A stretch of 45,472 bases of DNA from Candidatus Fermentibacteraceae bacterium. GTDB taxonomy: Bacteria > Fermentibacterota > Fermentibacteria > Fermentibacterales > JCC-6. The stretch's first letter is position 1; each line of letters begins with the position of its first letter. Positions 6,434 to 14,324 of this stretch are shown here, piece by piece. The DNA is taken from assembly GCA_021162285.1 (NCBI GenBank), contig JAGGYZ010000329.1, positions 1-45,472 of the forward strand. The letters are read 5' to 3'. The translations under genes and the position numbers were made by a program. Under the pieces are notes generated by a model that worked only from the letters and a program-made list of their open reading frames with translations, was not told the DNA's origin and ran no database searches.

Positions 6434-7862
6434 ATGTCGTAATTTGTGGACTGGGGCCGGCTCATGTCTTGCAGGCGTTTCCGTTTTTGTCAATGACTCA
6501 GGGGTAATTTCATCCATAGAGAGTTGTTCTGATAGCACATTCGACTGTAATTTCGCCATGCCTTCCTTTGTGGATGCCCACACACATCTCACATGGATGG
6601 TTGTAAAGAAGGCTTCTCTGGACTTGTCTCAGGTACATTCTGCCGAAGAGCTTATCTCTCTTGTATCGTCAGCAGAACCTGCAGCGGGCGGTAGAATTAT
6701 CAGAGGTGAGTCTTTCGATGAGAGTGACTGGACCGATGCTGAACTGCCAACTCTTGATCAGCTTGACAGGGCGGGCGGTGATGTCCCGGTGTTTCTGCGC
6801 CGTGTGTGCGGGCACACTGCTCTGGCCAACTCAGCACTGCTCCAACTTTTCGATGGCAGTATTCCCGGAGTAAACAGGAAAACAGGGGTGTTGAAAGAGT
6901 GGCCGGTGTTGAACTTCGAACGATTGTTTCCATTGTCTGACGATGTTCTTACCCGTGCATTTTCCGAGGTGGAATCCGAAGTATTCAGCCATGGAGTTAC
7001 AGGTGTGTTCACTTTTGAGTCACCTCACGGTGCGGAGCTTGTTCTGAAGTCCGATCCCCTTCTGGATCTCTCCGTGGCTGTTATGGTGGAAAGTGTTGAT
7101 GATCTTCCAGATGACAGATTGTCTGTGCAAACGGTGAAGCTCTTCCTTGACGGTTCTTTTGGCGCAGAGAATGCAGCTCTTCTTTATCCGTATCCCAGTG
7201 GAGCTGCAGGAGAGCTGCACTATTCTGACAGCCAGCTTTTTTTACTGCTTTTTCGCTGTGGAGAACTGGGTCTTTCGGTGGCAGTTCATGCCATTGGAGG
7301 AAGAGCATTACAACAGCTTGACTGTGTTTCCGGCGATGTTTTTAAAGCTCTGGGACACGGGTTCGGTGTACGGGTTGAACATGCGGAGGAACTGCTCCAC
7401 GCCTGGCCTGGAACCTGGAGCAGGGAATACCATGTTTTCAGTATGCAGCCTAACTTTGTGGAGAGGTGGCAGCAACCCGGCGGAATGTATGACACAATTC
7501 TTACACCTGACCGGGCTGTGGTTCTTAATCCTTTCAGAACTGTGGTTGATTCCGGTTTCAGGCTTGGTTTTGGAAGCGACAGTATGCCTCTTGATCCACT
7601 TTTCGGACTCTGCGGTGCAGTTGACCACAGAGCAGCCAGTCAGTCGCTGTCTGTTCATGAGGCGCTGTTTGCATATACTCTGGGTTCCGCCTCAATATCC
7701 GGGTTGGCCCATCTGGCAGTACCTCTGGCGGCTGGCAGAACGGCAGACATGGTTTTTCTTTCAGGCAGCCCATTTGAGAAAATGGAAGGTCTTGCAGTTG
7801 AAGCAACAATGAAGAATGGTGCTGTTGTCTACGGAAACACAGGTATTGCGAAGGGAATTTAA
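6420..7862 (+). CDS. Metal-dependent amidohydrolase (Amidohydro_3 / YtcJ-like)
   Basis: Motifs: FVDAHTHL (HxH), KLFLDGSFGAENAALLYPY, VHAIGGRA, RVEHAEEL, GSDSMPLDP. The N-terminus IRCRNLWTG..VFVNDSGVISSI is typical of the family. It overlaps the GGDEF gene by 14 nt. Confidence 0.85.
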   Translation: MQRIRCRNLWTGAGSCLAGVSVFVNDSGVISSIESCSDSTFDCNFAMPSFVDAHTHLTWMVVKKASLDLSQVHSAEELISLVSSAEPAAGGRIIRGESFDESDWTDAELPTLDQLDRAGGDVPVFLRRVCGHTALANSALLQLFDGSIPGVNRKTGVLKEWPVLNFERLFPLSDDVLTRAFSEVESEVFSHGVTGVFTFESPHGAELVLKSDPLLDLSVAVMVESVDDLPDDRLSVQTVKLFLDGSFGAENAALLYPYPSGAAGELHYSDSQLFLLLFRCGELGLSVAVHAIGGRALQQLDCVSGDVFKALGHGFGVRVEHAEELLHAWPGTWSREYHVFSMQPNFVERWQQPGGMYDTILTPDRAVVLNPFRTVVDSGFRLGFGSDSMPLDPLFGLCGAVDHRAASQSLSVHEALFAYTLGSASISGLAHLAVPLAAGRTADMVFLSGSPFEKMEGLAVEATMKNGAVVYGNTGIAKGI

Positions 7863-8737
7863 TGAGTTCTATTGACTGGACCGATCCGGTTGCCGTTGCC
7901 GAAGTACTGGTAAAAAATGCAGTTCTCGAGGACAGAGCACTGGATGACGAGGCCTCCGGAGCACTGGCTGAATCAGGTAATACCCTGGTTTCGTGCATTG
8001 TTAACGCCAGGGAAAACATTGTAGTGGCCGGTGTTAAGCTTGCAGCAGCAGTTTTTCCCCTGATACCGGGAAACATCCGGGTAGAGAGTTTCGTTGAAGA
8101 AGGGCAAAGCATCGAGACCGGAGGGAATATTGCCGGTATATATGGCCCGGCTGCGTCAATACTCCGCGGAGAAAGAATATTTCTGAACATCCTGGGGCGG
8201 TTGTGCGGGATTGCAACTGAAACTGCAGAGTTCGTTCGAGCCTGCCAGGGTACAGGTGTTGAGATACTTGATACCAGAAAAACAACTCCAGGTATGCGTG
8301 CACTTGAAAAGTATGCAGTCCGTATGGGGGGTGGAGTAAACCACAGGTTTTCACTTGCAGACATGGCTATGCTCAAAGACAACCATCTTGCTGCTGCTGG
8401 CGGTGCCGGAAGTCTCGCTCCAGTTGTGCAGAGACTGCGTGAAAGGGATGTTTCCATTGAAATAGAAGTTGACTCTCTTTCTCAGCTGAAGGCAGTTATT
8501 CCCCTTGAACCTGACAGAATACTTCTTGACAACATGTCCGCAGATGAGCTGAGGAGAGCAGTCTCGCAGGCAGCAGGAAGCGGTATATACCTTGAAGCAT
8601 CTGGAGGAATTACTCTGGAAACGGTCAGAGCTGTTGCAGAAACAGGAGTTGACGGTATTTCTGTGGGCATGTTGACTCACTCGGTAAAGTCGTCGGATAT
8701 TGGCCTGGACTGGCTGTATACTAAGGAAGGTAAATGA
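7862..8737 (+). CDS. nadC: Nicotinate-nucleotide pyrophosphorylase (quinolinate phosphoribosyltransferase)
   Basis: Motifs: ILDTRKTTPGMRALEKYAVRMGGGVNHRFSLADMAMLKDNH, then EVDSL, LLDNM and EASGGI. Its start overlaps the previous stop (TAATG). Confidence 0.93.
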   Translation: MSSIDWTDPVAVAEVLVKNAVLEDRALDDEASGALAESGNTLVSCIVNARENIVVAGVKLAAAVFPLIPGNIRVESFVEEGQSIETGGNIAGIYGPAASILRGERIFLNILGRLCGIATETAEFVRACQGTGVEILDTRKTTPGMRALEKYAVRMGGGVNHRFSLADMAMLKDNHLAAAGGAGSLAPVVQRLRERDVSIEIEVDSLSQLKAVIPLEPDRILLDNMSADELRRAVSQAAGSGIYLEASGGITLETVRAVAETGVDGISVGMLTHSVKSSDIGLDWLYTKEGK

Positions 8738-9501
8738 CAAGACTCGCTATTGATGTTGGAAACACGAAGACCGCTCTTGCTCTATTTGAAGCAGACAAAC
8801 TTCTGGGGCAGTGGAGAATCAGAACTCAGAGGTGGACTGCTGATGAGCTCAGAATTTACACAGAGGCGTTGCTTCGCGGTGAGAATTTTTCTAATCCAGA
8901 TGATGTTGCCTTCGCCTGCGTTGTTCCCCAGGTTCACCACACCATTATCAACATGTGCAGAAAATGGTTGAAAATCACACCGGTGGATGTATCTTTCTCC
9001 ACAGCCGGGATTGAACTGAGCTACAGGTATCCCCATGAAATAGGACCGGACAGGCTTGCTAACGCAGTTGCGGCAGTAATATACGGTAGGCTTCCTGCTA
9101 TTGTGGCGGACTTTGGAACGGCAACAACTTTCGATGTGATTGACAGCAGCGGAAAGTACCTTGGAGGGGCAATAAGCCCCGGGGTGGGAACATCTGCCGG
9201 AGAACTGTTCAAGAAAGCTGAAAGACTGAATCCCATCGACCTGTCATTTCCTGAGAGCGTAGTTGGAAAAACAACTGCTGATGCTATCAGATCAGGTGTT
9301 CTTTTCAGTGCCGTTGGTGCAGCTGATCACATCATAGACTTGATTTCATCCGAGCTGGATTCTGCTCCCGAGCTCTGGGCTACTGGAGGGTGGGGAACTG
9401 CTCTTGGAGATAGATGCAGGAACAAATTCAGGATATGTCCGGAACTTACATTGCTGGGAATAAACGAGATTGGACGAAAAAACAGAGAGGAAGGGAATTG
9501 A
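8734..9501 (+). CDS. coaX: Type III pantothenate kinase
   Basis: Motifs: LAIDVGNTKT, GPDRLANAVAA, VADFGTATTFD, ATGGWG. ATGA overlap with nadC. Confidence 0.92.
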   Translation: MTRLAIDVGNTKTALALFEADKLLGQWRIRTQRWTADELRIYTEALLRGENFSNPDDVAFACVVPQVHHTIINMCRKWLKITPVDVSFSTAGIELSYRYPHEIGPDRLANAVAAVIYGRLPAIVADFGTATTFDVIDSSGKYLGGAISPGVGTSAGELFKKAERLNPIDLSFPESVVGKTTADAIRSGVLFSAVGAADHIIDLISSELDSAPELWATGGWGTALGDRCRNKFRICPELTLLGINEIGRKNREEGN

Positions 9502-10049
9502 TGGCTGAAATCCTTCTAGGTGTAACTGGTGGTGCTGCGGCTTTTAAGGCTGTCAGCGTTGCTTCGCTTCTGAGGAAATCGGGGCACACGGTGAACTGCA
9601 TACTTACAAAAGCCGCCACTGAATTTGTTACTTCCGTGCAGCTTTCATCGGTCTCCGGAACACCTTGCTACACGGATCTGTTCTCATCTCCTGCGGAAAA
9701 CTCCATTCCCCACATTACCCTTACTGAAAATGCAGATCTGATGGTTATCGTTCCGGCAACTGCTCATTTTCTGGCAAGAGCGGCCCATGGTCTTGCTGAT
9801 GATCTTCTCACCACATCTTTCCTGGCCTGTTCAGCACCGGTTCTGATTGCTCCTGCGATGAATACCAGGATGTGGAACAACCCTGCTGTTCAGGCAAATG
9901 TGAAGATTCTTTACTCCCGTGGTATCAGTTTTGCAGGTCCCGTATCAGGCAGCCTTGCCTGCGGTACCACCGGAGAGGGAAGAATGGTGGAGCCCGCTGA
10001 TATTGTGGAGGTCTGTGCCGAAATTCTGAAAACCGGCGGTAAGAAATGA
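9501..10049 (+). CDS. coaC: Phosphopantothenoylcysteine decarboxylase, stand-alone flavoprotein (CoaC domain only)
   Basis: The start is the in-frame ATG at 9501 (TGATG overlap with coaX), not the Met at 9414. Motifs: GVTGGAAAFKA, VPATAHFLARAAHGLADDLLT, APAMNTRMW, GSLACGTTGEGRMVEP. At 182 aa there is no CoaB (CTP-ligase) half. Confidence 0.85.
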   Translation: MAEILLGVTGGAAAFKAVSVASLLRKSGHTVNCILTKAATEFVTSVQLSSVSGTPCYTDLFSSPAENSIPHITLTENADLMVIVPATAHFLARAAHGLADDLLTTSFLACSAPVLIAPAMNTRMWNNPAVQANVKILYSRGISFAGPVSGSLACGTTGEGRMVEPADIVEVCAEILKTGGKK

Positions 10050-11065
10050 AACCAGTCCCGACCCTTGAGTGGCGTGATGACCATCTGGTACTGCTGGATC
10101 AGAGACTTCTCCCTTCAGAAGAGGTTTACCTTGCCTGCAGATCAACAGCAGTGCTTGCTGAAGCAATCAGAACACTTGCCGTCCGGGGTGCCCCTGCAAT
10201 CGGCATAGCGGCGGCATACGGTGCTGTTATCGCTGCCATGGAGACTCCCGGGTCATCCGGGTTTGTGAAGGAATGCAGCAGCCGTCTGGATCTGCTTGCC
10301 TCAACAAGACCCACTGCGGTAAACCTGTTTTACTGTCTTGATATCCAGAGAGAGATTCTGCTGGCATCAAAGTCGAAATCGGATGCTGTAGACCGTTTGC
10401 TTGTCAGTGCTCAGCGTCTCTTCAGGGAAGATCTGGAAGCCAGCAGGATAATGGGCAGCCTGGGTGCCGATCTGCTTCCGGAAAGCTGTACTGTTCTTAC
10501 TCACTGCAATGCAGGAGGACTTGCAACTGCAGGTCTTGGAACAGCTCTATCGGTAATTTACGAGGCTCATTCCAGGGGAATTCTCTCTGGAGTTTATGCC
10601 GATGAAACAAGACCGCTTCTTCAGGGGGCCAGACTTACCTCATGGGAACTGCAGAAAGCAGGTATTCCTGTAAAAGTACTCCCTGATTCTGCAGCTGCTT
10701 CGCTGCTTTTGACAGGAGCTGTTGATGCTGTGATTACAGGTGCGGACAGGATAGCAATGAACGGCGATTCCGCCAACAAAATAGGAACTTATCCTCTGGC
10801 TCTGGCAGCTTTTGAAGCAGGTGTACCTTTCTACATAGTAGCACCAGTCTCCACATTTGACCCTGCAGCTGCAGACGGCGGTTTCATCGAGATAGAGGAG
10901 AGAGGCAGAGAAGAGCTGGCGGTTTGGGGAGGTAAAAAAACTATTCCTGACGGTGTCGGTGTCTATAACCCAGCTTTTGATGTTACTCCTGTTAGATTAA
11001 TTACATCCATTATCTGTGAGAAGGGTGTAATTTCAGCTCCGAACACTATTGAATGGCGAGGTTGA
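10046..11065 (+). CDS. mtnA: S-methyl-5-thioribose-1-phosphate isomerase (eIF-2B alpha/beta/delta family)
   Basis: Motifs: VRGAPAIGIAAAYG, STRPTAVNL, THCNAGGLATAGLGTAL, DETRPLLQGARLT, GADRIAMNGDSANKIGTY. ATGA overlap with coaC. Confidence 0.88.
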   Translation: MKPVPTLEWRDDHLVLLDQRLLPSEEVYLACRSTAVLAEAIRTLAVRGAPAIGIAAAYGAVIAAMETPGSSGFVKECSSRLDLLASTRPTAVNLFYCLDIQREILLASKSKSDAVDRLLVSAQRLFREDLEASRIMGSLGADLLPESCTVLTHCNAGGLATAGLGTALSVIYEAHSRGILSGVYADETRPLLQGARLTSWELQKAGIPVKVLPDSAAASLLLTGAVDAVITGADRIAMNGDSANKIGTYPLALAAFEAGVPFYIVAPVSTFDPAAADGGFIEIEERGREELAVWGGKKTIPDGVGVYNPAFDVTPVRLITSIICEKGVISAPNTIEWRG

Positions 11066-11187
11066 CACTGCACTATGTATGCGATACTATTTCCAGATGA
11101 TTAACAGCTTGATTGACGTGACAAAATATATTGTTTACCGGGGTTTGACTGCTGGCGGGACCGGGTTTTATTACTGGAGGATTTGAT

Positions 11188-13062
11188 ATGGGAAGAACCA
11201 TAGGAATTGACCTTGGAACAACAAACTCCTGCATCGCCTTCAGCGATGGAGGGCTCCCTGCAGTTATACAATCCAAGAGCGGTTCGAGGGTCATGCCTTC
11301 TGTGGTGGCATTTTCAGCCAAGGGGGAAAGACTGGTTGGCCTTGTAGCAAGAAGACAGGCTATTACCAATCCCAGAAACACCGTGAACAGCATAAAGAGG
11401 CTCATGGGCCGTCGTTACGCTGAGGTTGCCAATCACGTAAACGATGTATCTTACGAAATCGTTGAAAACAGCAACGGTGATGCCGCGGTTAGAATTATGG
11501 ATCGGGTGTACACCCCGCCGGAGATTTCAGCAATTATCCTGCAGCAGCTTAAACACACTGCAGAGGAATTTCTGGGGGAGGAGGTCACCGACGCAGTAAT
11601 TACTGTTCCGGCTTATTTCAATGAGGTTCAGCGTCAGGCGACAAAAGCAGCAGGAAAAATTGCAGGATTCAAAGTCAGAAGGGTTCTTAACGAGCCTACC
11701 GCTGCTGCTCTGGCCTTCATCGAGCCGGAAGGTAAGAAAAAACTGGTTGTTTACGACTTTGGTGGTGGAACATTTGATGTGAGCGTTCTGCAGGTGATAA
11801 ATGGAGTTTTTGAGGTAAAGGCTACCCTGGGAGACACCAGTCTTGGCGGTGATGATCTCGACACGAAGCTTGTCAAGTGGATAATGAGCGAGTTCAAGTC
11901 GGAATCCGGAATAGATTTAACGACTGATAATATTGCGCCACAAAGGGTTAGAGAGGCTGCGGAGCGGGCAAAGTGTGAGCTGTCCATGACTCAGGAAACC
12001 GATATAAATCTGCCTTTTATTGCCACTGGTGAGTCCGGTCCCGTTCATCTGGAAATAACCATTACGAGAAAACTGTTTGAGGAACTTGCAGGTGAACTGA
12101 TCCAGAAAACTATACCGCTGTGCAGAGATGCTCTGGAAGATGCAGGAATGAAGATAGAGGAGCTTGACCATGTTGTTCTTGTGGGAGGCTCAACAAGGAT
12201 TCCTATGGTACAGAAGCTGGTTGAAGAGTTTTTTGGAATGAAACCTGCGCAGTCGGTTAACCCCGATGAAGTTGTGGCACTTGGTGCGGCTATTGAGAGT
12301 TCCGTGCTTTCCGGCCAGAGAAAAGATCTCGTTCTTATCGATGTAACACCGCTGACTCTTGGTGTTGAAACTCTCGGTGGTGTTCTTGCACCTATTATCC
12401 GAAGAAACAGTCCAATCCCCACTCGAAACAGCAGAATCTTTACAACAGCCAGCGATAACCAGTCTGTGGTTGGTGTGCATGTGGTGCAGGGCGAGCGGGA
12501 AGTTATCGATGGTAACAGAAGCCTGGGAACATTCGAATTACGTGGAATTGCCGCAGCCAAACGCGGAGAGCCACGTATTGAAGTTGTCTTCGAAATTGAT
12601 GCAAGCGGTATTCTTAATGTTTCCGCCAGAGATACCACAACCGGGCAGGAACAGAGTATAAAGGTTAATCCCAGCGGTGGCTTAAGCAGTTCAGAGATAG
12701 AGAGACTTCGCAGGGAAGCGAGGGCCAATGCCGATGCAGACAAGATAAGAATCAAGTTTGTAAGCCTCCGGAACGAAGCGGATGAGGTTATCTACAGGGC
12801 TTCCCGAACACTTAAGGTCGCACGGGAAGAGCTGGACAAGGCTTCATGGGAAGAGCTTGACGGAGAGGCGAAGAAACTCAAGGTCCTTCGCGATGGCGAA
12901 GATTCACTGGCTCTGGAAAAAGCGATTGATGAAGTACGGCAGCTGAACGGTTCGATTTCAAGACTTGTCGAAGTGTTTGAATCTGATGAAGATAACGCTG
13001 CCTCGGACTTTCTTGATTCCATAACAAAAATTGATACCGGGAAGAAAAATCCGGAGCAATAG
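11188..13062 (+). CDS. dnaK: Hsp70 chaperone DnaK (somewhat divergent)
   Basis: Motifs: IGIDLGTTNSCIA, ITVPAYFNEVQRQATKAAG, VLNEPTAAALAF, YDFGGGTFDVSVL, VLVGGSTRIPMVQ, EVVFEIDASGILNV. GGAGG SD upstream. Confidence 0.93.
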   Translation: MGRTIGIDLGTTNSCIAFSDGGLPAVIQSKSGSRVMPSVVAFSAKGERLVGLVARRQAITNPRNTVNSIKRLMGRRYAEVANHVNDVSYEIVENSNGDAAVRIMDRVYTPPEISAIILQQLKHTAEEFLGEEVTDAVITVPAYFNEVQRQATKAAGKIAGFKVRRVLNEPTAAALAFIEPEGKKKLVVYDFGGGTFDVSVLQVINGVFEVKATLGDTSLGGDDLDTKLVKWIMSEFKSESGIDLTTDNIAPQRVREAAERAKCELSMTQETDINLPFIATGESGPVHLEITITRKLFEELAGELIQKTIPLCRDALEDAGMKIEELDHVVLVGGSTRIPMVQKLVEEFFGMKPAQSVNPDEVVALGAAIESSVLSGQRKDLVLIDVTPLTLGVETLGGVLAPIIRRNSPIPTRNSRIFTTASDNQSVVGVHVVQGEREVIDGNRSLGTFELRGIAAAKRGEPRIEVVFEIDASGILNVSARDTTTGQEQSIKVNPSGGLSSSEIERLRREARANADADKIRIKFVSLRNEADEVIYRASRTLKVAREELDKASWEELDGEAKKLKVLRDGEDSLALEKAIDEVRQLNGSISRLVEVFESDEDNAASDFLDSITKIDTGKKNPEQ

Positions 13063-13119
13063 TATTCTGTCCGGGGTTCTCTTTGTTTTTTCCCCTCTGC
13101 GATTGTTATATTTCGCCCC

Positions 13120-14205
13120 ATGAATCCATACGAAGTACTGGGCGTGGACAGAAGTGCGTCCCCTGAAGAAATAAAAAAGGCCTACCGTGCTGCTGCCATG
13201 AAAAATCATCCGGATAGAAATCCCGGTGATCATCAGGCTGAAGAGCGGTTTAAAGAGGCTGCGAAGGCCTATGAAGTACTCAGTGATCCCTCGAGAAGGG
13301 ATGCCTTTGACCGTTTTGGAACTACCGAAGCTGCCGGTTCTTTCGGTGGCATGGGTGGTATGCAGGATATTTTCAGCGGTTTCGGTCTTGACGATGCTCT
13401 GCGGGCGTTCATGGAAAATTTCGGTTTTGCATCAGCTGGTTCCCGCTCTGGAGCAATAAGAGGCGATGATCTCGTTGTAAAAGTTGATCTGGATCTGCAG
13501 GATGCGGTTCTTGGCGGCAGGCAGGAGATAGAAGTAGAGAGAAATGTTCCCTGCAGCAACTGTTCCGGTACAGGGGCAGACCCTGAAGCTGGATCAGATA
13601 CCTGCAGACAGTGTAAAGGCTCCGGAAAAGTTGCTTCTGTAAGAAACACACTGCTGGGCAGTTTCCGGACTGTAAGCAACTGCCCCACCTGCGGGGGCAG
13701 CGGAAGTATTCCAAGAAAGATCTGTTCCAGCTGCAGGGGAAAAGGGTACGAAAAAAAGAAGTCTACAATTGCCGTTGACCTTCCGGCAGGTCTCTCAAAG
13801 GGGCATTACATAAGACTGCGGGGGCAGGGGCATCACCCGGGGCAGGGCGGAGTTCCAGGTGATTTGAAACTGCTGATAAACAACATCGATTACGGTCCGT
13901 TCAGCCGCGAAGAAGACGACCTTGTTTATCCATTGACCATCTCATACCCTCAGGCTGTGCTGGGTGCAGAATTTACAATTCCCCAGCCTGATGGAGACTC
14001 AACCGGGATCAAGGTTGGAAGTGGGACTGTCGCCGGTACAAGACTTAAGATCAGGCATCAGGGAATGGGCCGGCTCAACAGGCGGGGACGGGGCGATCTG
14101 ATTGTAGAGATAGACATCCATGTTCCATCCAGAGTCAAACGTGGAGAGAAGGACCTTCTCAAAAAGATGGAAGAGCTGGAGTCATTCAAAGTAAAGCACA
14201 GATAG
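13120..14205 (+). CDS. dnaJ: Co-chaperone DnaJ
   Basis: J-domain [19 protein letters not shown], a G/F-rich linker and four CxxCxGxG zinc-finger repeats ([32 protein letters not shown]). Confidence 0.93.
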   Translation: MNPYEVLGVDRSASPEEIKKAYRAAAMKNHPDRNPGDHQAEERFKEAAKAYEVLSDPSRRDAFDRFGTTEAAGSFGGMGGMQDIFSGFGLDDALRAFMENFGFASAGSRSGAIRGDDLVVKVDLDLQDAVLGGRQEIEVERNVPCSNCSGTGADPEAGSDTCRQCKGSGKVASVRNTLLGSFRTVSNCPTCGGSGSIPRKICSSCRGKGYEKKKSTIAVDLPAGLSKGHYIRLRGQGHHPGQGGVPGDLKLLINNIDYGPFSREEDDLVYPLTISYPQAVLGAEFTIPQPDGDSTGIKVGSGTVAGTRLKIRHQGMGRLNRRGRGDLIVEIDIHVPSRVKRGEKDLLKKMEELESFKVKHR

Positions 14206-14324
14206 CATTTGTGATACGGTGAGTTCCCGGTGGTTGCAGTGGTCTGGAGAGGGAATAGTGTTATTACCGAAACTCAGCTGCACTGTGGCCAGGGTTCTTA
14301 TGGTATACAGGGGAGAACCCGCTT

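Noticed and set aside
7147-7812. 221-aa plus-strand ORF, out of frame within the amidohydrolase gene
   Set aside because: The amidohydrolase frame carries the family motifs across this entire span, and the alternative frame has none.
7558-8457. 299-aa minus-strand ORF spanning the amidohydrolase/nadC junction
   Set aside because: It is antisense to two genes with clear family motifs. Its composition is Ser/Ala/Pro/Arg-rich and low-complexity, typical of a shadow frame in moderately GC-rich DNA.
9414-9500. Upstream Met extension of coaC
   Set aside because: The extension lies wholly inside coaX in another frame and adds a hydrophilic tail before the conserved GVTGG start of the flavoprotein fold. 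The ATG at 9501 forms a TGATG coupling junction.
11066-11187. CIRCE operator or sigma32/sigma70 promoter upstream of dnaK
   Set aside because: There is no CIRCE inverted repeat. TTGATT/TTGACG to TATATT are spaced only 8-12 nt apart. TTGACT-N18-TATTAC would put the TSS downstream of the SD. None of these is a workable promoter.
12045-12755. 236-aa minus-strand ORF inside dnaK
   Set aside because: It is antisense to a highly conserved Hsp70 coding region and its sequence is Ser/Leu/Pro/Thr-rich, so it is a shadow ORF.
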